Translations under genes and position numbers: made by a program
The notes under the pieces: model-generated
Databases searched by the model: none
Told to the model about the DNA's origin: nothing
The model's input: only the letters and a program-made list of their open reading frames with translations
Shown here: positions 1 through 9,593 of the stretch, piece after piece
Position numbering within the stretch: position 1 is the stretch's first letter
Layout of the letters: every line of letters begins with the position of its first letter
Source of the DNA: Alphaproteobacteria bacterium
Lineage (GTDB): Bacteria > Pseudomonadota > Alphaproteobacteria > Bin95
Direction of reading: 5' to 3'
DNA: 64,000 bases
Assembly (NCBI GenBank): GCA_965205265.1
Contig: CBDBGH010000003.1
Location: forward strand, 64,001-128,000

Positions 1-421
1 GGTCGGTCCACCGCTTGCGCTTCCGCGGGCGCCGGGCGAGGCGGGTTTCGCGGGTCAGGCCGTGGCGCCTCAGGAAGCGCTGCACCGTGGTCGGGTGGAA
101 CTCCAGCCCCTCGGCGGCGAGCGCATCGCGCAGCCCGTACATGGAAAGCCCCGGCCGCGCCTCCAGAATGCGCAGGATGCGCGCGCGCTCCGGCCCGATC
201 TGCGAGCGGCGGCCGCCCCGCCTGTCGGCCCGCACATGGCCGCGCTCGCGAAACCGCTTCACCCAACCCCAGACACTGCTCTTCGGCAGGCCGAACCGCC
301 GCGCCGCCGCACGTATGCTCATGCCCTCGCGCAGCACGGCCGCCACCGCCGCCGCCCGCAGGTCCTCGCCCACCGCCCGGCCCCGCCGCCGCCCCGGCAA
401 TCCGTCCACGGGTCCGTCCAT
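1..421 (-). CDS. IS630-type N-terminal HTH protein (runs off window start; not in ORF track)
   Basis: Manual minus-strand translation from ATG 421: MDGPVDGLPGRRRGRAVGEDLRAAAVAAVLREGMSIRAAARRFGLPKSSVWGWVKRFRERGHVRADRRGGRRSQIGPERARILRILEARPGLSMYGLRDALAAEGLEFHPTTVQRFLRRHGLTR..., the IS630 OrfA double-HTH pattern; purine-rich RBS upstream. Confidence 0.8.
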   Translation of the reverse strand, partial: MDGPVDGLPGRRRGRAVGEDLRAAAVAAVLREGMSIRAAARRFGLPKSSVWGWVKRFRERGHVRADRRGGRRSQIGPERARILRILEARPGLSMYGLRDALAAEGLEFHPTTVQRFLRRHGLTRETRLARRPRKRKRWTD

Positions 422-639
422 CGCCCTGTCTTTTCCTCTGGCGATTCCGCCGCCGCGAACCGCCCCTTTTCGGCCGAAATCGACCGCCACGTCCGGCCGT
501 CCGGCCGCACCTCCCCTCTGGGTCGGCGGGGGCCCCGGTCAGCGGTCCTCACGCCTTCGGTTTCGGTGCTTCGCAAGGGCGGCGCAAGCCGCCGCCGGTC
601 GGTCAGGTCATGGCCTCTCTCGGCATGTTTTCTTGGTAA

Positions 640-675
640 GAAGGGATATATAGAGAACAAATAGCCTGGAGTCAA
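640..675 (-). promoter_or_regulatory. sigma70-type promoter TTGACT-N17-TATATA with degenerate LexA-like box GTTC-N7-ATCC over the -10
   Basis: AT-rich island; -35 at 675-670, -10 at 652-647; box 644-658 has 2 mismatches to alphaproteobacterial GTTC-N7-GTTC. Confidence 0.55.
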
Positions 676-715
676 GCTGATCGGGGCCGTTTCCTCCCCC
701 GTCATGCCCCCGTAT

Positions 716-803
716 CGTCATGCCCGGACTTGTTCCGGGCATCCCCCGCCGCCGCTTCCACCGCACGGCCGCATGGATACCCGGAACAAGTCCGGGTATG
801 ACG
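716..803. repeat. Alphaproteobacterial REP/RIME-like palindromic element
   Basis: CGTCATGCCCGGACTTGTTCCGGGCATCC (716-744) and its near-perfect inverse GGATACCCGGAACAAGTCCGGGTATGACG (775-803); each arm is itself a hairpin. Confidence 0.85.
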
Positions 804-926
804 GAGGAGAGGCGCTCTTCGACAGGCTCCTTCGATACGCGGCTGCCTGCCGGGCGGCGTTGACGGCGGAAGCGGCGCCGGCCCAGACTGGCGGACGGCG
901 GCAGAGGGGGAGGAGGCCCGCGGCCC

Positions 927-2084
927 ATGAGCCATGAGAAGCCCTATGCGGGGCTGCGCGTCGTCGATCTCAGCCAGGGGATCGCCGGGCCCTATTGCGC
1001 GATGCTGCTGGCGCAGCACGGCGCCGATGTCATCAAGGTCGAGCCGCCCGAGGGCGACTGGGCGCGGGTGCTGGGCCCCCGCTATGGCAGCCACACGGCG
1101 TTTTCCGTCATCGGCAATCTAGGCAAGCGCGGCATCGTGCTGGACCTCAAGCAGGAGGGCGACAAGGAAAAGCTGCGCCGGCTGCTGCGGACCGCGGACG
1201 TCTTCATGGAGGGCTTCCGGCCGGGCGTGGCCGCGCGGCTCGGCTTCGATTTCGAGACCGTGAAGACGCTGGCGCCGGGCATCGTCTATGTCTCGGTTTC
1301 GGGCTTCGGGCAGACCGGCCCGCTCAGCGCCAAGCCCGCGATGGACCCGGTGTTGCAGGCCTTCACCGGCTTCACGCACGAGAACAAGGGCCATGACGGC
1401 ATCCCGCACCGCGCCACCCCGATCATCGTGGACATGTCCACCGCGCTCTACACGCACCAGGCGGTGGCGGCGGCGGTCTATGCGCAGCGCGACGACCGCC
1501 GGGCGCGCTTCATCGACTCCAGCCTGATGGCGGCGGCCGCCAACCTCCAGGCGGTGCGCATGTGTGCGACGGTGATGGAAGGCCGGCCCATGCAGATGCC
1601 GACCTCGCCTTCCGGCGTGTTCCGGACGGCCGATGGCTGGCTGCATCTCGTCGTCCTGAAGGACAGCGACTTCCAGGCGCTTTGCGGCCTGATCGACCGC
1701 TCCGACCTCGCGGCCGACCCGCGCTTCGCAGGCCCGGCGGGGCGGGCGACCCATGCCGAAGAACTCAATGCTGCGGTCGCGGAGCATATTGCGGCAGGGC
1801 CGACGGCGCACTGGCAGGAATGCCTGACCGAAGCCGGGCTCCAGAACGAGGCGGTCCAGGACTATGCGCAGTTCGCCGCGCATCCGCAGACGGAGGCGAT
1901 GGGCCTGATTTCGCATCTGGAGCAGCCCGGCGGCGACCGCCTCTGGCCGGTGCCCAACCCGGCCGGCGCGCCGCCGCTGGTTTCGGGAAGCCCGGCCGCG
2001 ACGGCGCCCGCGCTCGGCCAGCACACGCAAGAAGTGCTGCTGGAACTGGAGGAATCGGAGACCGTCGCCGCCGCCGAGGAGTGA
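927..2084 (+). CDS. CoA-transferase family III (CaiB/BaiF)
   Basis: LRVVDLSQGIAGPYCAMLLAQHGADVIKVEPP, NLGKRGIVLDLK, APALGQHT motifs. Confidence 0.93.
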   Translation: MSHEKPYAGLRVVDLSQGIAGPYCAMLLAQHGADVIKVEPPEGDWARVLGPRYGSHTAFSVIGNLGKRGIVLDLKQEGDKEKLRRLLRTADVFMEGFRPGVAARLGFDFETVKTLAPGIVYVSVSGFGQTGPLSAKPAMDPVLQAFTGFTHENKGHDGIPHRATPIIVDMSTALYTHQAVAAAVYAQRDDRRARFIDSSLMAAAANLQAVRMCATVMEGRPMQMPTSPSGVFRTADGWLHLVVLKDSDFQALCGLIDRSDLAADPRFAGPAGRATHAEELNAAVAEHIAAGPTAHWQECLTEAGLQNEAVQDYAQFAAHPQTEAMGLISHLEQPGGDRLWPVPNPAGAPPLVSGSPAATAPALGQHTQEVLLELEESETVAAAEE

Positions 2085-2175
2085 AGCGCCCGGCCGGGCG
2101 TTGCCGCCCCCGGACGCATCTGCTAAAGGCTCCCCCCGCAAGCGGTCCCGGGACCGCGCGGGAGGGGGGACAGCA

Positions 2176-2946
2176 TTGGACCGGCCGGTTCTCGAAGTCC
2201 GCGATGTCGCGGTGCATTTCGGCGGCATCGTGGCGCTGGACGGCGTGTCCTTCGACATTCCGAAGGACCTGATCGTCGGCCTGATCGGCCCCAACGGCGC
2301 CGGCAAGACGACGCTGTTCAACTGCCTCTCGCGGCTCTACACGCCGAACTCCGGCGAAATCCTGTTCAAGGGCGAGTCGCTGCTGGGCCTGCCGGCGAAC
2401 CGGATCGCCTCGCTCGGCATCGGGCGCACTTTCCAGAACCTCGCGCTCTTCCCGACGCTCTCCGTGCTCGACAATGTGATGATCGGCGGCCATTCGCGCA
2501 CCGGCAGCGACTATGTGTCCAACGCCTTCCGCCTGCCCTGGGTGCGCCGGGAGGAGGCCGGGCTGATGGCCCGCGCGCTGGAACTGATCGACTTCATGGA
2601 CCTCTCCGAGGCGACGCACACGCCGGTCGGCGGCCTGCCCTTCGGCTACCAGAAGCGGGTGGAGATGGCGCGCGCGCTCGCCGGCGAGCCCGAACTGCTG
2701 CTGCTGGACGAGCCGGCGGGCGGGCTCAACCATGAGGAGCTCGACCACCTGATGGGGCAGATCCGCCAGATCCGGGACGAGCGCGGCATCACCATCCTCC
2801 TGGTCGAGCACCATATGAGCCTGGTCATGCAGGTGTCGGACAAGGTCGTGGCCATAGACTTCGGCCGCAAGATCGCCGACGGCACGCCGGAAGAGGTGCA
2901 GCAGGACCCCAAGGTCATCGAAGCCTATCTCGGGACGGCGCACTGA
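2176..2946 (+). CDS. livG: Branched-chain amino acid-type ABC ATP-binding protein (LivG-like), probable TTG start
   Basis: GPNGAGKTT, RTFQN, LLLLDEPAGGLN, VIEAYLG. Confidence 0.9.
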   Translation: MDRPVLEVRDVAVHFGGIVALDGVSFDIPKDLIVGLIGPNGAGKTTLFNCLSRLYTPNSGEILFKGESLLGLPANRIASLGIGRTFQNLALFPTLSVLDNVMIGGHSRTGSDYVSNAFRLPWVRREEAGLMARALELIDFMDLSEATHTPVGGLPFGYQKRVEMARALAGEPELLLLDEPAGGLNHEELDHLMGQIRQIRDERGITILLVEHHMSLVMQVSDKVVAIDFGRKIADGTPEEVQQDPKVIEAYLGTAH

Positions 2947-3656
2947 TGGCGTTCCTCGAGGTCCGGGGGCTGGAAGCCTATTACCGCCAGACCCAGGCGC
3001 TGTTCGGCGTCGATTTCGCGCTCGACGAAGGGTCGATCACGGCGGTCCTCGGCGCGAACGGCGCGGGCAAGACGACGACCTTGCGCGCCATCTGCCGCAT
3101 GGTGCGCACCGAAGGCGAGGTTGTGTTCGACGGGCAGGACCTTTCCGGCCTCTCGACCGAGCGCGTGGTCGGGCTCGGCATCGCGCATGTGCCGGAGGGC
3201 CGGGGCACATTCGTGCGCCAGTCGGTCGAGGAGAACCTCGCGCTCGGCGCCTATACGCGCAAGAACAAGGCCGACATCGCCGCCGACATGGAGAGCGTTT
3301 ACGGCTATTTCCCGAGGCTCGGCGAACGCCGCCGCCAGCAGGCGGGCACGCTCTCCGGCGGCGAGCAGCAGATGCTCGCCATCGGCCGCGCGCTGATGCT
3401 GCGCCCGAAGCTCATGCTGCTCGACGAGCCCTCCTTCGGCCTCGCGCCGCTGATCGTGCAGGAGATCTACGAAATCATGGCGCGCATCCGCGAGCGCGAA
3501 GGCACCTCCATGCTGCTGGTGGAGCAGAATGCGAGCATCGCGCTCGAACTGGCCGACCACGCCTATCTGCTGGAAACGGGCAGGGTGGTGATGGGCGGCG
3601 AATCCAGCCTGCTGCGCGACGACGAAGACATCCGCCGCAGCTATCTCGGTTACTGA
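2946..3656 (+). CDS. livF: ABC ATP-binding protein (LivF-like)
   Basis: GANGAGKTT, HVPEGR, LSGGEQQMLAIGRAL, LLVEQN. Confidence 0.92.
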   Translation: MAFLEVRGLEAYYRQTQALFGVDFALDEGSITAVLGANGAGKTTTLRAICRMVRTEGEVVFDGQDLSGLSTERVVGLGIAHVPEGRGTFVRQSVEENLALGAYTRKNKADIAADMESVYGYFPRLGERRRQQAGTLSGGEQQMLAIGRALMLRPKLMLLDEPSFGLAPLIVQEIYEIMARIREREGTSMLLVEQNASIALELADHAYLLETGRVVMGGESSLLRDDEDIRRSYLGY

Positions 3657-3672
3657 AAGCGCCCGCCCGGAG

Positions 3673-4548
3673 ATGGACCTTTTCCTGCAACTGACGCTCG
3701 CCGGCCTGGCCATCGGGTCGATTTATTCCTGCGTCGCGCTGGCCGTGGTGATGATCTACCAGGCCACCGACCACTTCAATTTCGCCCAGGGCGAGATGGC
3801 GATGTTCTCCACCTATATCGCCTGGACGCTTGTGGGCCTCGGCGCGCCGGTCTGGCTGGCCTTCCTGCTGGCGGTGGGTCTGTCCTTCCTGGCGGGCGTC
3901 ATCATCGAGCGGGTGATCGTGAAGCCGGTCGAGAACGCCCCGGTGCTCAACCAGATCATCGTGTTCATCGGCCTCTTGGTGATCTTCAACGCGGTGGCCG
4001 GCTGGATCTGGGAGTTCACGATCAAGCCCTTCCCGAGCCTCTTCCCGGAGGACCTCGGCTTCAAATCGACGCTGATCGGGCCGCACCATCTGGGCGTCAT
4101 CGCGCTGACGCTGGGCGTGCTGGCGCTGGTCTTCGCCTTCTTCCGCTTCACGCGGGTGGGGCTCGCCATGCGCGCCGCCGCCGCCAATCCGGACTCGGCG
4201 AGGCTGGTCGGCGTTTCGGTCGGCTGGATGCTGGCGCTCGGCTGGGGGCTGGCGGCCTCGATCGGGGCCGTCGGCGGCATCCTCGTCGCCCCCATCGTCT
4301 ATCTGGAGCCGAACATGATGGCGGGCGTGCTGCTCTACGGCTTCGCCGGCGCGCTGCTCGGCGGCGTGTCCAGCCCCGGCGGCGCGGTGCTGGGTGGGCT
4401 CGTGGTCGGCGTGCTGGAGAACTGGGTCGGGCAGTATGTGCCGGGCGGCTCGGAGCTCAAGCTCACCTTCGCGCTCATCCTCATCGTGGGCGTGCTCGTC
4501 TTCAAGCCGGCCGGGCTGTTCGGCCGCGTCGTGGTGCGGAGGGTCTGA
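3673..4548 (+). CDS. livH: ABC permease (LivH-like)
   Basis: NFAQGE, GLAMRAAA, KPAGLFG; hydrophobic. Confidence 0.9.
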   Translation: MDLFLQLTLAGLAIGSIYSCVALAVVMIYQATDHFNFAQGEMAMFSTYIAWTLVGLGAPVWLAFLLAVGLSFLAGVIIERVIVKPVENAPVLNQIIVFIGLLVIFNAVAGWIWEFTIKPFPSLFPEDLGFKSTLIGPHHLGVIALTLGVLALVFAFFRFTRVGLAMRAAAANPDSARLVGVSVGWMLALGWGLAASIGAVGGILVAPIVYLEPNMMAGVLLYGFAGALLGGVSSPGGAVLGGLVVGVLENWVGQYVPGGSELKLTFALILIVGVLVFKPAGLFGRVVVRRV

Positions 4549-5549
4549 TGGCGGCGGATCGTCCCAATCCCGTCACGCCAGGGCTGCTGGCCGGCTTCGG
4601 CGCGGCGGTGCTGTTCGCCGCCATCGTGCCGCACCTCGTGTCGGACTTCACCAGCTTCCAGTTCACCCAGGCGATGGCCTACGGCATCGCGCTGCTCGGG
4701 CTGAATATCCTGACCGGCTACAACGGCCAGTTCTCCATCGGCCACAGCGCCTTCTACGCCGTGGGCGCCTACACGGCGGCGATCCTGCTCTACCATTTCG
4801 AGTGGAACCACTACGCCACCCTGCCGGTGGCGGCGCTGGCAGCCTTCGTCGTGGGCTTCCTGTTCGGCCTGCCGGCGCTCCGGCTGGAGGGGCTCTATCT
4901 GGCGCTCGCGACCTTCGCCTTCGCGGTGGCGACGCCGCAGCTGCTCAAATTCGACGCCTTCGAGCACTGGACAGGCGGCGTGCAGGGCCTCTTCGTGCCG
5001 AAGCCGGAGCCGCTGATCGAGGGGCTGAGCGCCGACCAGTCGCTCTACTATGTGACGCTCGCGGTCATGGTGTTCCTGATGGTCGTCGCCTGGTGCCTGC
5101 TGCGCAGCCGGTCGGGCCGGGCGATCATGGCGATCCGCGACAACCCGATCGCGGCCAGCACGATGGGCATCAACACCGCCCTCTACAAGACGACGACCTT
5201 CGGCATCAGCGCCATGTACACGGGCGTTGCGGGCGCGCTCAGCGTCTTCGTCACCGAATTCGTGGCGCCCGACGCCTTCAACTTCTTCCTCGCGGTCAAC
5301 CTTCTGGTCGGGTCCGTGGTCGGCGGCATCGTGTCGATACCGGGCGTGATCTTCGGCGGGCTGTTCCTGGTGTTCGTGCCCAATTTCGCCCAGGACATCA
5401 GCCGCGCCTATCCGTTCGTGCCGCCGCCCTGGGCGATCTTCGGCATCTTCCTGATCCTTGCGATATATTTCGTGCCGTTCGGGGTCTGGGGCGCGGTGGA
5501 ACGGGCGTTCGCCTGGTGGAAACGCAAATCGGCCGGCTCCGGCGGATAG
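4548..5549 (+). CDS. livM: ABC permease (LivM-like)
   Basis: GLNILTGYNGQFSIGHSAF, LRLEGLYLALAT, AIRDN. Confidence 0.9.
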   Translation: MAADRPNPVTPGLLAGFGAAVLFAAIVPHLVSDFTSFQFTQAMAYGIALLGLNILTGYNGQFSIGHSAFYAVGAYTAAILLYHFEWNHYATLPVAALAAFVVGFLFGLPALRLEGLYLALATFAFAVATPQLLKFDAFEHWTGGVQGLFVPKPEPLIEGLSADQSLYYVTLAVMVFLMVVAWCLLRSRSGRAIMAIRDNPIAASTMGINTALYKTTTFGISAMYTGVAGALSVFVTEFVAPDAFNFFLAVNLLVGSVVGGIVSIPGVIFGGLFLVFVPNFAQDISRAYPFVPPPWAIFGIFLILAIYFVPFGVWGAVERAFAWWKRKSAGSGG

Positions 5550-5583
5550 AAACGGGACTCAACCGAAAGGGAGGTACAGACCC

Positions 5584-6783
5584 ATGCGCATCAAGAACCT
5601 GTTGGCTGCCGCAGCGGCGGCCGCGCTGCTGGCCGGCACGGCCCACAGCGCCGACATGACCGGCATTACCGACACCACGATCAAGATCGGCAACACCAAC
5701 CCCTATTCGGGCCCGGCCTCGGTCTACAGCACCATCGGCAAGACCATCGCCGCCTATTTCAAGATGGTGAACGAGATGGGCGGCATCCAGGGGCGCCAGA
5801 TCGACTTCATCTCGCTGGATGACGGCTACAGCCCGCCGCGCACGGTCGAGCAGGTCCGCAAGCTGGTCGAGCAGGAAGAGGTGGCGCTTCTCTTCCAGAC
5901 GCTCGGCACGCCGACCAACTCCGCCATCCACCGCTATGTGAACGCGAAGAAGGTCCCGCACCTGTTCGTCGCGACGGGCGCGAGCAAATGGGGCCAGCCG
6001 GACAAGTATCCCTGGACCATGGGCTTCCAGCCCACCTATGACGTCGAGGGCGAGATCTACGCGAAATACGTGCTCGAACACGTCGAGGACCCGAAGATCG
6101 CGATCCTGTTCCAGAACGACGACTACGGGAAGGACTACCGCGACGGCTTCCTGCGCGGCCTCGGCGACAAGGCCGACGAACTCGTGGTGTCGATGCTGCC
6201 CTATGAGGTCACCGACCCGACGGTGGACAGCCAGGTTTTGAAGATGAAAGAGAGCGGCGCCAACGTCTTCTTCAACATCACGATCCCGAAATTCGCCGCC
6301 CAGGCGATCCGCAAGTCCTGCGAGATCGGCTGGAAGCCGGTTCATTTCCTGAACAACGTGTCCTCCTCGGTGGGCGCGACGCTCACGCCGGCCGGCCTCG
6401 AATGCTCCAAAGGCCTGATTACGGCCATCTACCTGAAGGATCCGGTGGATCCGCAGTGGAAGGACGATCCGGGCTACAAGGAATGGGTCGCCTTCATGGA
6501 CAAGCACATGCCGGGCTCCGACCTGACGGACGTGAACTACGCCTATGGCTACAGCGTCGCCAAGCTGATGCACATCACGCTCGATGGCTGCAAGGAGCTG
6601 AGCCGCGAGGGCATCATGGCCTGTGCTGCGAATCTCAAGGGCATCGAATTGCCGATGGTCTTGCCGGGCATTACGGTGGACACCGCGCCGGACGATTTCT
6701 ACCCGATCCAGGCCGAGCAGTTGTCGAAGTTCGACGGCGAGCGCTGGGTCGCCTTCGGCGGCATCATCGACGCCAGCAAGTAA
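5584..6783 (+). CDS. ABC substrate-binding protein (Liv/ANF type 1)
   Basis: Signal peptide; IKIGNTNPYSGPAS, DDGYSPPRT, GTPTN; RBS GGGAGG. Confidence 0.9.
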   Translation: MRIKNLLAAAAAAALLAGTAHSADMTGITDTTIKIGNTNPYSGPASVYSTIGKTIAAYFKMVNEMGGIQGRQIDFISLDDGYSPPRTVEQVRKLVEQEEVALLFQTLGTPTNSAIHRYVNAKKVPHLFVATGASKWGQPDKYPWTMGFQPTYDVEGEIYAKYVLEHVEDPKIAILFQNDDYGKDYRDGFLRGLGDKADELVVSMLPYEVTDPTVDSQVLKMKESGANVFFNITIPKFAAQAIRKSCEIGWKPVHFLNNVSSSVGATLTPAGLECSKGLITAIYLKDPVDPQWKDDPGYKEWVAFMDKHMPGSDLTDVNYAYGYSVAKLMHITLDGCKELSREGIMACAANLKGIELPMVLPGITVDTAPDDFYPIQAEQLSKFDGERWVAFGGIIDASK

Positions 6784-6805
6784 CGTCGCCGGCATAACGG
6801 AAACC

Positions 6806-6837
6806 GGCCGCCTCCCTTGCCGGGGAGGCGGCCTTTT
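6806..6837 (+). terminator. Intrinsic terminator
   Basis: GGCCGCCTCCC-loop-GGGAGGCGGCC followed by TTTT. Confidence 0.8.
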
Positions 6838-6890
6838 CCTTGCGCGTACCCAATCTCGGCCTCCGCGTGGGAATGGGCTACTCTCGCCCG

Positions 6891-7523
6891 ATGTTTCGGC
6901 GCGGCGCGACACGGCGGCGGGTGCTGGCGGGGCTGACGGGAGCGGCGGCGTTGCCGTTGCCGTCGTCTGCGCGCTCGACGCTCCTCGGCTACGCTCCTCC
7001 GGAGGCGGCGGCCGACCGCGGCCTCGGGCTCGCACCGCCGCTCGCTTGCACGCCCGGAACGCCTTCCCAGACGGCGGGGCCGTTCTACACGCCCGCCACG
7101 CCGCGCCGCGCCGACCTGCGCGAACCGGGCGCGGGCGGCGAGCTGTTCGTCTTCGAGGGCCTCGTGCTGACGCCGGATTGCCGGCCCGTTCCCGGCGCCG
7201 TCATCGACATCTGGCACAGCGACGGGCGCGGCCGCTACGACAACCGGGGCTTCCGCTATCGCGGCCACCAGTTCACGGATGCGGCCGGGGCGTTCCGCTT
7301 CCTGACGATCAGGCCCGGCGTCTATACGGGCCGCACGCCGCATATCCATGTGAAGGCGCAGGGCAGGGACACCCGCGCACTCACCACGCAGGTCTATTTC
7401 CCGGATCTCGGCGAGGCCAACGCCCGCGATTCGATCTTCCGGGACGACCTGCTGCTGCGCCTCGACCGGACTGCCGCCGGCATGTGGCGCGGGAAGTTCG
7501 ACTTCGTGCTCCGGCCGGCCTGA
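6891..7523 (+). CDS. Intradiol ring-cleavage dioxygenase-like protein with Tat-like signal
   Basis: GPFY, DIWHSDGRGRYD, RPGVY, RTPHIHVK, LTTQVYFP; N-terminal TRRRVLAGL. Confidence 0.85.
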   Translation: MFRRGATRRRVLAGLTGAAALPLPSSARSTLLGYAPPEAAADRGLGLAPPLACTPGTPSQTAGPFYTPATPRRADLREPGAGGELFVFEGLVLTPDCRPVPGAVIDIWHSDGRGRYDNRGFRYRGHQFTDAAGAFRFLTIRPGVYTGRTPHIHVKAQGRDTRALTTQVYFPDLGEANARDSIFRDDLLLRLDRTAAGMWRGKFDFVLRPA

Positions 7524-7581
7524 GCCCGCTCGCCGGCGGCGGGAAACGGGCCGCTCGGGCCCGCCTCTGCCGCCGCCAGGC

Positions 7582-8643
7582 TCAGTTCTGCGCCACCCAG
7601 CGGTTCCAGCGCTCGGTCAGCTCTTCCTGGTAATCCACCCAGAAGTTGATCGCCTCCTGGCTGCCGCCGAAGAGCCCGGTGGCGAGATTGTCGCCCGCCG
7701 GCAGGCTCTTCGCCCGCTCGGGATCGACCATGGCAACGCCTTCCTTGTGCGTTGGCCCGTAGGCATAGGCCTTGGTGAAGGCGGCCTGACGCGCCGGATC
7801 GGTGGTGGATTTGATGAAGGCGTAGGCCGCGTCCTGGTTGGGCGCGCCCTCGATGATGGCCCAGGAGTCGATGGCGTAAACCGTCCCGTCCCAGATCATC
7901 TGCAGGTTCTTGCCTTCCTTCTGCGCATTGGTGATCCGGCCGTTATAGGCGACGCTCAACTCGACATCGCCGGCCGCGAGCCATTCCGGCGCCTGGGCGC
8001 CGGCTTCCCACCACTGCACCAGCGGCTTGACCTCGTCGAGCTTGGCGAAGGCGCGGTCCACGCCCTCCGGCGTGTTGAGGACCTTGTAGATGTCGGCGGG
8101 CGCGACGCCATCGGCCAGCAGCGCATATTCGAGGTTGAGCTTCGGCCCCTTGCGCATGCCGCGCTTGCCGGGCCAGGTCTTCGTATCCCAGAAATCGGCG
8201 AGCGTGGCCGGCGCCGTGCCTACGGTGTCGGCGTTGTAGGCGATGACCACCGACCAGACGAGATTGCCCACGCCGCAATCGGTGACGGCGTCCGGCAGCA
8301 TGTCTTCCTTGGGCAGGAGCCTCGACCAGTCGAGCTGGACGAACACGCCTTCCTCGCAGCCCCGGACGAGCTCCGAGGTCTCGACCTGCACGACATCCCA
8401 GGGGATTTGCCCCGTGTCCTGCATGGCCTGGAACTGGGCCCAGCCGCCGAGATAGACGTCCTCCAGGAAGGCGATGCCCGATTCCTGGCTGAAGGGCGTG
8501 AAATAGACGTCGCGCTGCGCTTCCTGATAGCTGCCGCCCCAGCTTGCAATGGTGAAGTCGCGGGCTTCGGCGGCTCCGGACAGCACGCCCAGCGCCGCGG
8601 CGACCGCGAAAAGGGGTTTGAAACTCCTCCCGATGGTTTTCAT
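7582..8643 (-). CDS. Polyamine-type ABC substrate-binding protein (PotD/PotF-like)
   Basis: Real start ATG 8643 (MKTIGRSF) after GGAGG; SWGGSY, WDVVQ, PGKRGMRK, AYNGR. Confidence 0.9.
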   Translation of the reverse strand: MKTIGRSFKPLFAVAAALGVLSGAAEARDFTIASWGGSYQEAQRDVYFTPFSQESGIAFLEDVYLGGWAQFQAMQDTGQIPWDVVQVETSELVRGCEEGVFVQLDWSRLLPKEDMLPDAVTDCGVGNLVWSVVIAYNADTVGTAPATLADFWDTKTWPGKRGMRKGPKLNLEYALLADGVAPADIYKVLNTPEGVDRAFAKLDEVKPLVQWWEAGAQAPEWLAAGDVELSVAYNGRITNAQKEGKNLQMIWDGTVYAIDSWAIIEGAPNQDAAYAFIKSTTDPARQAAFTKAYAYGPTHKEGVAMVDPERAKSLPAGDNLATGLFGGSQEAINFWVDYQEELTERWNRWVAQN

Positions 8644-8753
8644 GGCTCGCCCTCCTTTCCGCCGCGAACGGCATTTGCAGATTGTCTTGACGGCCCGGTC
8701 TCCCGTTCCGGACCGCAGCGCGTGAGCGGGTTTCACCCGGCGCCGCGCCGCTC

Positions 8754-9584
8754 TCACTCCTCCCGCCGGGAACGCTGCCGGGCGCTTCGCCACTGCAGCA
8801 GCTCGACGACCGCCAGAAGTGCCAGCGAGAAGGCTATCAGAATCGTAGCTATCGCAACAATCGAGGGGTCGAGCTGGTCGCGCAGCCCCGTGAAGAGCTG
8901 GCGGGGCAGGGTTATCTGCGCCGGGCCGCTGACGAAGAGCGCGACGATCACCTCGTCGAGCGAGGTGACGAATGCGAACACCGCGCCGGCCAGCACGCCC
9001 GGCAGGATCAGCGGCAGCGTCACTTGGAAGAAGGCGGCGAGCGGCGGGGCGCCCAGGCTTTCGGCGGCGCGCACGAGGTTCCAGTCGAAGCCCTTGAGCG
9101 TCGCGGAAACGGTGATGACGACGAAAGGCACCGCCAGCACGACATGCGCGATAATCAGGCCGATATGGGTCTGCACCAGCCCGACCCTGGCGAAAAAGAA
9201 ATAGAGGCCGAGCGCGGTAATCACGAGCGGCACGGCGAGCGGCGAGATCAGGAGCCCGAAGACGAAGGGCTTGCCCGGAAAGTCCGCGCGCGTGAGGCCA
9301 TAGGCCGCGAGCGTACCGAGCGCGGTGGCGACGATCGTCGTCGAGACCGCGACGATCAGGCTGTTCTCCAGCGCGAACATCCAGGGGAAGGGCTCGACCA
9401 CCGCATCGTACCAGCGCATCGAGAAGCCGGGCAGCGGATAGCTGAGGAAACTGCCCGCGCTGAAGGAGATCGGCACGACGATGACGATGGGGCCGATCAG
9501 GAACAGGAAGCCGAAGGCGCAGATGAGGCGCAGGCACCAGTACCAGACATGCTGGCCGCGCGTGGCGTTGACCGGAAGCGCCAT
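8754..9584 (-). CDS. Polyamine-type ABC permease (PotC-like)
   Basis: LVRAAESLGA, VTLPLILPG, FVTSLDEV. Confidence 0.9.
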   Translation of the reverse strand: MALPVNATRGQHVWYWCLRLICAFGFLFLIGPIVIVVPISFSAGSFLSYPLPGFSMRWYDAVVEPFPWMFALENSLIVAVSTTIVATALGTLAAYGLTRADFPGKPFVFGLLISPLAVPLVITALGLYFFFARVGLVQTHIGLIIAHVVLAVPFVVITVSATLKGFDWNLVRAAESLGAPPLAAFFQVTLPLILPGVLAGAVFAFVTSLDEVIVALFVSGPAQITLPRQLFTGLRDQLDPSIVAIATILIAFSLALLAVVELLQWRSARQRSRREE

Positions 9585-9593
9585 GCGGCCCGC

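Noticed and set aside
15-705. Track ORFs 15-653, 62-664 and 319-705
   Set aside because: Low-complexity frames; the real gene is the untracked minus-strand HTH ORF starting at 421
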